A stretch of 64,000 nt of DNA, taken from Moniliella sp. 'wahieum' (Eukaryota). A model generated the notes under the pieces. The model did not search any database. It was not told where the DNA came from and saw only the letters and a program-made list of their open reading frames with translations. Made by a program: the position numbers and the translations under genes. How positions within the stretch are numbered: the first letter of the stretch is position 1; each line of letters begins with the position of its first letter. Positions 1-12,044 of this stretch are shown here, piece by piece. The stretch is from the NCBI GenBank assembly GCA_003971905.1, contig RSEE01000014.1, positions 806,001 to 870,000 on the forward strand, given 5' to 3'.

Positions 1-1062
1 GCGCCACTGGCGCCATGCCTGCGTGGGCCCAGGCGCTGCCCCAGTGCCCGCCCACGCTCGGCAGCGGCCGGCACGACCGGGCTGCACACAGCTGCGCGCT
101 GCTGCCTGCCGGTCCCGGGCATGGGGCGACTGGGTTGTGGCCCGTCGTGCCCCCTCGCGTCCTGGCACGTCCCATCGGACCACGCCCGCCTACACCCTCC
201 CCGCGCCGGATCATGGATGGGATGGACGTTGGGGACGTTCGACGCCAGCAGGCCGTGGCTACGGTGGGCTAGCGGGCGATCTCGGTGGTCGGTCGTCACG
301 CGTCACGGGTCCCTAGCGTCACTCGCGTCACTGCAAGATGGGACGGTAAATTTCTCTGGAACGCTTGCCGTTTCCGTGTGGTTCTGCGTCCCCCCCCGTC
401 ACGCGGTGCTGGTTGCGCGGTAGGCAATAGGATGCCAGTCGTTGCCGCGTGCGTCTTGGCGTGGGCCGGGGCACGCGGGCGCCGGGCGGGCGCAGGCGGC
501 GGGGTCCATCTCCGACGACTGCACTCGCTCCTGGGTGCGGCTGATCGCACCCGCCTGGGTGCACAAGGGTGTACACTGTACCTGCGCCAGGCCGGCGTCA
601 CGCGTCACGCAGCTGCCACTGCGCCAGTGCTCCCTGCGCCATGCAGCCCCCGCATCAGCACGAGGCAGCCGCAGCGGTGGAGGAGTGAGATCTGAGACTG
701 GTGAGGTCATCGGCTGCCCGCTGCTGCCCCACCGCGCTGGCGCTGCCTCTGGGCCAGTGGATATTCGCTTGCCTTGGCAGGCCAGCGTCCAACGTCCAAC
801 GTCCAACGTCCAACGTCTGCCGGCTGCCGCGTTTCTCTCCCACGCTCACGGCTAAACCATAATCCCGTGCGCCACTGTCCATTTCACCTTTCACCTTGCC
901 CTGCTGTCCGGTACGCCCAGTAACTAGTAACTAGTAACCCCCCTCCCAACCAACAAGCGTGGCCACCATGCACATGGTACTCAATGGATTCAAGTCAAAA
1001 TAACCGAGGCAAGGAGGACAGGTTGGTTGCCGGCATCCCAAACAAACACAGCACCCAGCGCG

Positions 1063-4000
1063 CTAGTGCGCCGCGGGCGCCGCCCACGTCCAGTCCGCCT
1101 CGGACGCCGGCAGCTCGGGCTTGCCCCCCGCCGCACTGGGCACAGCCCACGCATCCGCATCCGCCTCGCCCGCCCCGACGGCCGCTCGGGCATGACGTAC
1201 TCTTGGTGCAGACTGTCGTTGCTCTCCCGCGCCGCGGGTTGGGCAGGCGGCGCAGCAGGAGCGGCAGCAGGCGCAGCAGGAGAAGCAGGAGCAGCGAGCG
1301 TCGCCGGTGCTGGATCGGCAACGGTCAAGTTGGCAAAAGAATCGCCAAAGGCATCGTCAAACGAATGGCCGCCGCCCGGGATGCGGAAGGTAGGATCTTC
1401 GTCCTTGGTGGGCGCCTCGGGCGGCGGGAGGGAGGCAAACAGATCGTCAAAGCCATGGCTGGGAGCTGGTGCGGCTGGCGCAGCGAGTGTAGGTGTAGGA
1501 TCAGCAGCAGCCGGTGGCGGAGGAGGAGCCCCAAATGGATTCGTGCTCCTCTCCGACACGGCGCGGGTCAGGGCAGGCGGCGCGGGCGCCAGGTCCCGAG
1601 CTGGGTCCGCGGGTCCAGAAGCAGTCGCTGGCGTGGGCGTTGGCTCGCTTCCCGGCACGCTCCAAGTCGGAGCAGGGACGGAAGCCGATTCGGGCTCGGG
1701 CGTGGGCGTGAACGCGGGCTCAGGCTCAGGCTCGGTCGGTTCGGCTGGCACCGCCGGCGGGGCGTGGGCCGCACGGAGCGACGTGAGTTCTTCCCGAATG
1801 GGAGCGGCCGTGGTTTGAGCCAGGGCCATACGATGATTGGCCGACTTGACCTCGGCTTTATCCTGGGCCAACTGGTCCAGCAACTCAGTCTTCTCCTTCT
1901 CCAGAGCGGCGAGCTTGGCTTGCTGCTGGTCCACTTGAGCCTGGACCTGGCGCAAGCTATCGGCCTCCGCTTTGGCTTTGGCCTGCAGCTCCTCCACGTC
2001 AGCCTGGCTCGTGGTAATGTCCGCCAGGACGGTCCGGATCCGTTCGCGCATCTCTTCCATCGATTGCGTCTGGCTGGCCAAACTCGCCTCCAGCTCAGCA
2101 CGCTGCGCCTTGACCTTGTCCAACTCGCGCTCGGCAGCTTGCAGGAACACCGAGTCGGCCCCCGTCGGCGCCCCACGCTCCGCCCCAGCGCCCAAGCCCG
2201 AATTCACATCCTTGCTCTCCGGCCCTGCTCCCTTGGAAGACGGCGTGTGCGATACCGGACTCAGCGGGGACGGCACCGCTGCCGCCGCCGCTGCGCCCCA
2301 CGGGTGCGCCTCCCCAGGCGTGCCGAGGGAGCCAAACGGATCCTGCGCAGGCGACAAGGCGCCCGTAGCCTGGCGCGAAACGGGAGCGGGAGCAGCGGAT
2401 CCTGCGACCGAGGCTGGCGCCGCGGGCGAAGCCAACCCCGGTGCGCCAAAGGGCGCCTGTGGCGCGCCCAGCGCGGGGGGGGGATCGTCGTCATCCAAGA
2501 GAGAGAGCAGGTCCCTTGTTGGCTCGGGCACGGGGGCAGGCGCGGGAGGGGAAAAGGCACCCGCCGCTTGCCCCGTTCCTCCGCGCAGCGAGGGCGGGAT
2601 GAGCGAGGCGGGCAGCGCGGTGGGCACCTCCTTGCCCGCAAGACGGTTGTTGATCAAGTGCATCGCTACCGCAAACTCGTCGCGCGAGAGGGAGCCCGTT
2701 TGGGTCACGTCCGATAGATCCCTAGACACAAGCAAAACAAGCAAAACCTAACCGTTAGTCCCCTATTAGGCAAGACGCGTGTGTGCGTGAGGGGGGCGGG
2801 GGGCATACCAGACTCGGGCTAACGTTGCTTCGTCCAGCTTGGATTGCAAAAAGAACGGGACGACCAACGAGCCCTCCAACTGGCCCGTCTTGTCCGCATC
2901 CATCCCGTCGAAAAATTGGTTTGCACTGGCGCGTTCGGCGGGCGAGATGTCCCATGCCACGTCAGGCGCGGCGCCAAACTGGCTTCCGGTCGTCTGGGCT
3001 GGCAGCTGCCCAAGGCCAGTCGCCGAGCGCGGGGGGAAGGAGCCCGTGTATTGCGTGGCAAGCGGCGCCGGTCCGACCGACGGAGCGCGCATCGGTGCAC
3101 CCGATACACTGCCTGTGTACTGAGCGTGCAGCGGGGCCGGGCCGACCGACGCAGCGCGCATCGGCGCGCCCGACACGCTTCCCGTGTACTGCGCGTGTAG
3201 GGGAGGCGGACCGACCGAAGGCGCTCGCATCGGTGCGCCGGATACGCTCCCCGTGTACTGCGGCGGGATCGTACTGGGGGGCACGGTACCCGTGTACTGC
3301 GCCGAGACCGAGGCCGGGGGCATGTTGCCAGTGTACTGCGCGGGGATCCGAGCGCCCGCCGAGAAGCCCGTGGGAGGGCGGGAAGGCACAGTGGGACTGG
3401 CAGGGGTGAAGCTCCGGCTGGGCTGGGCCGGGGTGAACGTACGAGGCGGCAGAGGCGCACCAGCCACTTGTTCATACAGCTCGGGCGGCAACTGGCTCGG
3501 CAACGAAGTCAGGGTCCCATTCATAGTGGCTTGGATAAAATGCATGGCAATCGTAAAGTCCACCAGATCCAGCACACCCCGATCCCGCGTATCCGCCAAT
3601 GCCCAGATCGAGCCCAGCTTGTCCACCGGGAGCTGAGACTTGAGAAAGATGGCCTTGGCCTTGTCTGCGTCCAGCACGCCCCCGACGGGACCGGCATTGG
3701 CAAAGATGCGGGCAAAGCGGGCTTTGTCCGCGGCAGACACGCTGTCCGCTTGCGGGACGGGGGAGGGGGGGGGTGCCGCCGTGCGCGGAGGCACGGGCGG
3801 CGCCACAGACCGAGATCGGTCGGCCGAGGCAGGATAGGTCACGCCTTGGAACACGGGCGCCGGGGCAGCGGGTGACCAAGGCGGGCGTGATAGCCTCGCC
3901 CTGCTGGGCATGGCCAATCAGACGCAGGCAGTGGCAAACCCATCGGCGGTAAGGAAGCCCACATTCTCCTTATCGGACACGGCCCAGATCTGGCCCAGCA

Positions 4001-4200
4001 CCGAGGGCGGCAGGCGCGACGGCGCAAAGAACTTGACCGCCTGGTCGCCGACCAGCACGCCGGTCTGTTCCGGGTCCGCCTGGGGCCAGAGGTGGTTGAA
4101 GGCGGCGCGCTCGGGCGGCGTCAGGGCTGGGGATGGACGGAGGGTCAGCAGCGGCGCGGGCGGCGGCGGGAGGAGCGGGCAGGAGCGTACCAATCGTCAT
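1063..4200 (-). CDS. EDE1: EH-domain endocytic scaffold (Ede1/Eps15-like); introns at ~4127-4190 and ~2723-2808; apparent indels
   Basis: Three EH domains ([29 protein letters not shown]...[18 protein letters not shown]...[38 protein letters not shown]...[28 protein letters not shown]), QxTG repeats, a coiled coil and an NPF motif. ATG at 4200 splices to give MTIALTPPER. The stop at 1063 assumes one frameshift. Confidence 0.88.
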
Positions 4201-4659
4201 CACGCCGCGGGCGAGGTGGTGGACTGGTCGAACGGAGGCGTGCTCCGGCGGAGCGCTGAGCCTCAGCGCTCAGGCTGAGCCTGAGAGCCTCAGCGCTCCG
4301 CTGGCAGCGCCGCTCAGATCGCGCGGCGGCTGCACAGTGACGTAATTGGACGTTGCAATGTTGCACGCGTGGCGGCCGCAGTACCAGTCGGCGACAGGCC
4401 AGCTGCCACGCTCGCTTCTCTACCATGCCATGTACCCCCCCCCACCTATCAAGCGCACACAACACAGAGCCACATGTGGCCAGTGTGTTCAGCCAGGTCT
4501 GCATTAAGGAATGGAAAGGGGACGGAGAGGAGGCGTGGGCACTGCTACGGCAGTCCGCACGAGCGGGGCTAGTGTACAAGGCAGGATGGGACAAGCGTGC
4601 CCCCACAATTTCCAGTCGCAGCGCGGCGGCCGCCACGGTCGGACGCATGGCCCAAAAAG

Positions 4660-5654
4660 CTAGGCGTGGCGCTGGTACTGCGCCACCAACATGGCATGAT
4701 CACGCTCGTACGGCTCCAGCGTCAATTGCTCCCGCGGCCGGAACATTTCGCCCTGGAGCTTCTTGACCTCGGAGGCGAACACGGCCTCGGCCGGCGCGGT
4801 CGAGTCGATGCAGGAGGCCTTGATCGAAATCACCACATGGCCCCCATCCTTGAGGAAGTAGTGCGCATTGAGAGCAACAATGCGAGCCTGGTCGGGCTGG
4901 GCCACGTCGGCAAAGATCACGTCGACCGTGTCAACGAGCATGCGGTATTTTTGTGGGTGCCGCGCATCCTCGATAATCGGGATCACGTTGGTCCGCTTCT
5001 TGGCCATGTTGATCAGGTCACGCCCACTCCGGTGCGAAAACTCGACAGCGTACACGACGCCCGTCGGGCCAACCACATCGGCAACGTGCGAGACCGACGT
5101 GCCCGAGGCAGCACCCAGGTACAGCACCTTGGCACCGGGTTGGATATGGATGTGGTCCAACCCACCCAGGATCCCGGCCGCCAGCTTCGAACGGAACGGG
5201 TTCCACACACGGTACTCCACATTGGCACCGGGCACACCGTCGTCCTGCACCACATCCACAGAAATGCGCTTTTCGCCATAGACCGAGTCACCGGGCGCTA
5301 GGTTCTTGGTCACAAGCAGATGCTCTTTGCCCTCGGCAATAAACACACCCGCGTGACGGTGAGGCTTGACAATCACCTTGCTGCCTCCACGAGCGCCGCC
5401 ACGGGGGGCACCACGACCACGGGGGGCCCGCGCCCTCCGCGAGCACCACCACGAGCACCACCGCGCGCACCTGAATAATACAAAAAGGCGGGTCAGTTCC
5501 CTGCCCACACCCACCAGCAAGGTCAATGCCAATACGTACCACGACCACCGGGTGCAACACGGCCACCACCGCGGCCGCCACGACCGGGGGGACCCCCGCG
5601 CCCGCCACGGAATCCCCCGCGCGCACCACCACGTCCACGGTCACCGAAAGCCAT
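4660..5654 (-). CDS. NOP1: Fibrillarin, rRNA 2'-O-methyltransferase
   Basis: RGG-rich N-terminus ([10 protein letters not shown]), then [34 protein letters not shown] and [16 protein letters not shown]; intron at ~5472-5538. Confidence 0.97.
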
Positions 5655-5896
5655 TAGGAAAGAAACGCAAGTATGTCGAACGAGCGGGTGGAGGCGTGGG
5701 TTCGTGCCAAGGTCGGAAGCGCCGGCAGTCCCAGCCAGAAGAGCACGGCAAAGAAATTTTGGCGCGGGCATTCCGCCCGGGGCGGCGCGGAACCAGGGCT
5801 GCAACATTGAAATGACACGCCGCGCCACTGGGCGCCGGTACACAACACGGCCGCTCAACAACGCGCTCCCCAGCTCAAGCAACCACCCCGCCCACC
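5655..5896. promoter_or_regulatory. Short bidirectional promoter shared by NOP1 and gamma-tubulin
   Basis: Only 242 bp between divergent ATGs; an AAGAAATTTT tract at 5751-5760. Confidence 0.55.
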
Positions 5897-7447
5897 ATGC
5901 CGCGCGAGCTCATCACGATCCAAGCCGGCCAGTGCGGCAACCAGATTGGCGCTGCGTTTTGGGAGCAGCTCTGTCGTGAGCACGGCATTACCCAGGACGG
6001 CACCCTGGCTGAGTTCGCCACTGAAGGCGCGGCAGGCGACCGCAAGGACGTGTTTTTCTACCAGGCCGACGACGAACATTATGTCCCCCGTGCCATCCTG
6101 GTAGACCTTGAACCGCGGGTGATCCAGAACGTGACCAGTGGCGCGTTCAGCAAGTTTTACAACCCTGAGAACATCTTCACCTCCGAGGACGGCGGCGGTG
6201 CGGGCAACAATTGGGCCCAAGGGTACTACGCTGGTCAGAAAGTGGCCGATGAGCTGATCGAGATGATTGAGCGCGAGGCCGATGGCAGCGACAGTCTTGA
6301 GGTGTGTTCTTGCCTCCTCCACAAATGCGGAGCTCGGTGCTAACCTTCCATGTTGTTGCTAGGGATTCACTCTGCTCCACAGTATCGCCGGCGGTACGGG
6401 TTCCGGCCTGGGGTCCCATCTGCTTGAAGCGCTCAACGATGCCTACCCCAAGAAATTGATTCAAACGTACTCGGTGTTCCCCAACATGTCTGGTAATTCC
6501 GATGTTGTGGTTCAGCCCTACAATTCGGTCTTGACTATGAAACGCCTGGTGGACAATGCCGACTCGGTTGTCGTGCTGGACAATGGGTCGTTGGGTCGGA
6601 TCGCCAGTGACCGCCTCCACTTGCACGAACCTAGTGTAAAGTACGTATTCCCCCGCCATCGCTTTTTGTCCCCGCATCCTGCTGACTTGGAGCCCTGCAG
6701 CCAAATGAACCAGATGATCAGTACCGTGATGAGCGCTGCGACGTTGACGTTGCGATACCCAGGCTACATGAACAATGAGCTGGTACGCCCCCCTCCCCCC
6801 CTCCCCCTCCTCCCTCGTTGGTGTGTTTAGCTCAAGTGGGCTAACGGTATGGATCTTTTAGGTGGGAATGATGGCCTCGTTGATCCCCACGCCAAGGTGC
6901 CACTTTTTGATGACCGCTTACACGCCCTTCACTGCCGATACGGTGGACCGGGGTAAGGCGATGACCAAGACGACCGTGTTGGACGTGATGCGAAGGCTGC
7001 TGCAGCCCAAGAACCGGATGGTGAACATGCAAGGCGCAAGCAAGTCGGCCTGCTACATGTCCATCATGGATATTGTGCAGGCGACGTGGACCCGCGCGAG
7101 GTGCACAAGAGTCTGCTCCGCATTCGCGAGAAGCACTCGGCCTCCTTCATCCCGTGGGGGCCCGCGTCGATTCAAGTTGCGCTGGCCAAGCGGAGTCCCT
7201 ATGTGCCGTCGAGCCACCGGGTGAATGGGTTGATGCTGGCGAACCACACGGGGATTACGGGCATGTTTAAACGGATGGTGTCGCAGTTTGACATGCTCTA
7301 CAAACGCAACGCCTTTATCGAGAACTACAAGAGAGAACCGGGCTTTTCCATCTCGGAGTTTGACGAGGCTCGGAGACGGTGCTGGAGGTGATTCAAGAGT
7401 ACCGGGCAGCGGAGAGCCCCGAGTACATCTCGGGCAAGGCGGTGTGA
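5897..7447 (+). CDS. TUB4: Gamma-tubulin
   Basis: [85 protein letters not shown] and [13 protein letters not shown]; introns near 6302-6363, 6641-6700 and 6783-6861. Confidence 0.96.
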
Positions 7448-8226
7448 ACAAGCAGATGGGTTGTTCGACCATTGTTAGTATTGCGTGTATACCTCCTATA
7501 TGATGTTGCTGTCGATAATCGCTCTGTATCTACCTTGGAAATCAACTGCGGCGGGGATAAAACAGAACAGAGCCGGTCCAGTGGTTTGCGATGAGAGCTG
7601 AGATGCGGCGAGAAGAAGGACGATTAATCCCCAGATGGCCTGAGCTCATGCACGGGGAGGTAAGATCTGGATGAGATCCAAGCGACCATCAAGCCGAGTC
7701 CACCATTCGGACCGCCAAACGATGGAGGGACGCTTCCTTGATCAAAAGAAGGTAATTTCTCTGCTGGCCGCTATACATATGTCCACAACGATCGAGTCCC
7801 GTAACGGTGGGGTGGGTGCCAGTGCACAAGGGTCACGCCTGTGGCTACTGCCGTTTCTTTCAGGTAGGCAGGGCAGGGAGTCTAGACACTCTGCCCCCTT
7901 CAAGTCCAAGTCCAGCGCCCGTACCCTCGCTTTCACTGTCACCCTCCTCACCCTCACCCTCTCTCCCTCGGTAGCCGTGACGCGCGACGGGGGCAGCGCA
8001 CACGCGAGACGGCTGGACCCGGCGGAAAGAGGCCCCCGGCCAACGAGCGCAGCGCACACACGCCCAGCCAATTGCAACTTTCACATCCAGGATGCGCACC
8101 CGATTGCTCGCCGCGGAATTGGATCCAGATCGGGTTTCCGCTGAAGTGACGTTCGACGGCGGCTGGCCCACCTCCTGCAGCGAAGCGCCTCGGCCACCCA
8201 CCCATCACTACCACCCTCCCATCCTC

Positions 8227-9991
8227 ATGGCGTCCGACAAGAAGGAGGAGCCCACCGCGCCACCCACACCGCCCCGAGGCGCCCAAGGTGCCGCCGGAGA
8301 GCGAACTGCTCTTCCTGCTGCGCCAGAACCTTGCTCTGATCGAACGCAGCGTCACTCTCCTCGAACCCCGCTTCACCGCTCGTGTCCTACGCACCATCCC
8401 CTACACGCGCAAGCGCATCGATGTGTGGCCAAGCGTGCTTGCCACGGCAGTCTCGGAAGGCATTTCTAAGGGTATGTTTGATTCTCCGAGAAATAGAAAG
8501 GGTCCAACTCACCACCTGCTTTCTCTTCTCTGCAGATTCCCCCCTCAGGGCGGAGCTCCTGAGTGTGCTTCCCGAGCCATACGTGCACAAGCCTGTGGAG
8601 CCTGTGGAGCCCGCGGAAAAGGATGCAATGGACGTTGATGACAAGCCTGCTAAGGGCGACAGCGCTGTGGAAAAGGGGCCAAAGACGATTGAGGCTGAGA
8701 AGGAAAAGGAGAAGGAGAAGGAGAAGGCCAAGAAGGAAGCCGCCAAGAAACAGCTCTTTGAGCAGCCCCACCAGCCTATCCTTGAGGCTGCTTCGGAACT
8801 GGAGACGTACCTCAGTCTCTTGGTTTCGATTTACCTCTTGGACTACCGCAAGTACGAACAGGCGCTTCAGTTGCTCCGTTCGTCGCGGCCCTTGTAGCCA
8901 AGAACCAACGTTCGCTGGACCTCCTCGGCGCCAAGATTATCTACTACATTGGCCGTTCAGTGGAATTGATCAAGCAACACCTCAACCTAGGCTCGGCCTT
9001 GGCGGGCGAGCGCGACTTTTTGTTGGACGCCCACCGCACTGCGTCGCTGCGCCATGACGCCGAGACACAGGCGACGATCATCAACTTGCTTCTGCGCTAC
9101 TACTTGGTTGAATCCAACTTGTACGACCAGGCTGACAAACTCGTTTCGCGTGCGCCCTTCCCCCGGGCCCAAGTATCCAATGGACAAATTGCCCGGTTTG
9201 AGTACTACGTTGGCCGTATCCGTGCCGTGCAGCTCAACTATACCGAGGCGCACGAACACTTGCAAAGCGCCATTCGCCGTGCCCCTCAGCCAGCCGTGAC
9301 GCCTGCAGGTGCTACACCCGGGACGGGCCCGGTGTACCAGAGCGCTGCGGGCTTCCTCCAATCGGCGTACAAGTTTTTCGTCGTTGTTGAACTCTTGATG
9401 GGCGACATTCCTGACCGCAGCATCTTCCGTATTGACGCACTCAAGAAGCCTCTGACCCCGTATCTGGAGATTGTCCAAGCGGTGCGGATCGGTGACCTGT
9501 CCGTGTTCCAAGCCGCCTTGTCGCGGTACGAATCCTTGTTCAAAGCGGACAAGACCTTGTCGCTGATTATTCGCCTGCGACACAATGTCATCAAGACGGG
9601 CATTCGCATGATTTCCTTGGCGTACAGCCAGATCTCACTCAAGGACGTGACACGCAAACTGGCTCTTGAGAGCGAAGAGGATGCCGAGTACATCATCGCC
9701 AAGGCGATCCGGGATGGGGTGATTGAAGCCAAGGTCCACCATGAGGAAGGGTACATGGAATCGAGGGAAAAAGTCGACATCTACACTACCTCGGAGCCCC
9801 AAGTGCAGTTCAACCAGCGGATTGCCTTTACGCTCCAGCTGCACAACGAATCACTCAAGGCAATGCGTTACCCTCTCAACCACCACAAGGCGGAGCTGGC
9901 CAAGGCAGCGTCGGCGCGCGAGCGCGAGAGAGAGTTGGCCAACGAAATTGCGGATGCGGACATGGACGATTCGGACGACGACTGGCTGTGA
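8227..9991 (+). CDS. RPN3: 26S proteasome lid subunit Rpn3/PSMD3
   Basis: NLALIERSVTLLEPRFTARVLR, HRTASLRHD, PCI domain (LIIRLRHNVIKTGIRMISLAYSQISL, AEYIIAKAIRDGVI) and C-terminal EPQVQFNQRIAFTLQLHNESLKAMRYP; intron at ~8472-8535. Confidence 0.95.
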
Positions 9992-10337
9992 GGAGCACCG
10001 CCGCGGTGAAGCACATGCTTTGTTGTCCGACATGCCAGAGACGAAAGCAATGCAGAAATCAGAACAGATGGCTGGCATATAGGTGGGATGGCTTCAAGGT
10101 GAGATGGAGATGCCTTGCCAACGAGCCCCGTTTCTGTAGGAGATAAAGAACAGACTCGGCCGAGTGTTTCAATGTTTCACTCTCAGCTGCTGGGTGTGGC
10201 GCAATTGGTTTTACTGTGTGGGTCGCATCCTCATAACATCGAGAGGCTTAATCTGTGCTTCTCAGGCCCGCCCCCCTGACTCACTACCTCCAGCCCCGGC
10301 TCATTGACTATCGTGTTGTTCACCAGCGCCCGACGTC

Positions 10338-11176
10338 ATGCGTTGTGGTCTATCGCTTCTCTTTTGGTCTGCTGCTTCTACTTTCCTTTTCCCATGGTTC
10401 TGTTCGCTCCTTATTCTGCCCAAGGTTGCAGCCGTCATGGTTCACTTTGACCCCCCGGGCATGGGCACACAATGTTTTTTCGAAGACCTGCACATTGGCG
10501 ACCAAATGACGCTTACTTGGCAGTCGACGCTCTGCAGCTGGACCAAACTTCCTGATGTGTTCCTCGCTGACCCGTCGGACGAAATCCTTTACACTATCCA
10601 CCACGCCGATACAGGTTCTTACTCCTTCGTTGCCATCTCGATGGACGATATACATACTGCTTCAGCGATCCAGAACATGGCTGCGCGTCTCGGGTAAGAT
10701 GGTCAAGTACGTATGACCCGATTTGAGGCGCCACTTGATTGCACTCTTGGTTTCTGACGCGTCAGGTGTGTTGCCCATTACTAGCTTCCACGTTCACGGC
10801 ATCATTTATGTGCCCAAGGACGAACTGATGGCGCCGCTGGAGAAGGAGGTTCGCGACTTGTCGAAGCCATCAAGGGCATCAAGGACGAACAAGAGTATCT
10901 TGTCATTCGCGACCGCATCCACCAACTCACAGCTGAATCGACCCGCACTCGTGTCGCTTGGTGGTCCCTGCTTGAAAGCGTCATGCTACTGGGGCATGCG
11001 CCGTCCAAATCTTCTTCATTCATCGGTGTGTATTCCCTCTACCTATGCTCCGGGCGGCTGATCAGGTGATCAAGCGAGGGTGGGCGGGGCGTCAATGGAA
11101 CTAGGGTAGGATGCGGCATGTGCTAACCCCCTGATACACGGTTCACAGGCACTTTGAAGTCCGGCGGTACATTTGA
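10338..11176 (+). CDS. EMP24: p24/GOLD-domain ER-Golgi cargo receptor (Emp24-like)
   Basis: Signal peptide, QCFFEDLHIGDQMT, TGSYSF..DGRYTYCFS, SFHVHG, coiled coil with IKDEQEYLVIRDRIH..AEST, a TM segment and a C-terminal FEVRRYI stop; two introns. Confidence 0.85.
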
Positions 11177-11444
11177 CCCTGCTGAGATCTCTCGTTTGGT
11201 TTCTTCGCGATACGTACTATTTGTTCCGACTTTTGTTACGACTTTGGCGCCTCCTTCCCCCCTCCCCTCTCGACGATCGACAGAAGTGGTTTCACTCTTT
11301 TCGTCGCATCTTGGTGGTTAGCCCCACTGCCCCTCTCTTACAAACCCCCCACAATTTTTTGGCAAGATGGAGACGTGTGGAATGGGGGGGCAAGGGCGAC
11401 ACGCCAGTGCTGATGTGGCGAATCTGGCACCCTGATTGATGTGG

Positions 11445-11837
11445 TCAATACCCCCCACGGCGCAACTGCGCCAACCACGTCAGTCCCCTCCTTTCCCCCT
11501 GCTTGTTCCGATTGGGCTGATGAGGAACGTCGAGGATATTGATGAAGGCACGTTGAACGCCATCAAATCGCCCATAGGCGTGAGGCCCGACAGGATAGCG
11601 CCGACCACCAGTCCGCTCAATGCCGCCTCGTGATGCTGGGGATGGGCGAAGCGAGGAACCGCTTTGATGCTTGTATATGTGCTCCGTGCTCCATTTTACT
11701 CGGCCATAACTATAGCTCTCTTGTAAATAACCGGTGGCCTTTTGCCCTTGCTCGTATTGTGGCGCAGCCGCTGATTCCAACCAGAAAGCAAAACGCGCAT
11801 ACAGTGCTGCTGCCTGCGACTTAAAGTTGACGCTCAT
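11445..11837 (-). other. Possible small hypothetical ORF, unassigned
   Basis: 130-aa ORF fills the gap between EMP24 and IPP1; no recognisable motif. Confidence 0.2.
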
Positions 11838-12044
11838 TTCAAAGCTGCAAGTGGCGCATGCTGTGCTCGGGTTGGGTGCGAGCGGTTCTTATTTCACGCG
11901 TCACGACTCCGCCGGCCCCACTGAAACTGATAGCCGGCATCCGGCTCGCTTCTGTGCGGATTCCGGGGACCAGCGGGGCCTGCTGCTGCTTCATGGCCGC
12001 GCCTGCTCGTCCTTGCGCCCCACCACCGCTCCCCTCCCGCTGCC

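Noticed and set aside
984..2717. 577-aa plus-strand ORF and many similar long overlapping ORFs
   Set aside because: Antisense or alternate-frame shadows of GC-rich genes with no motifs.
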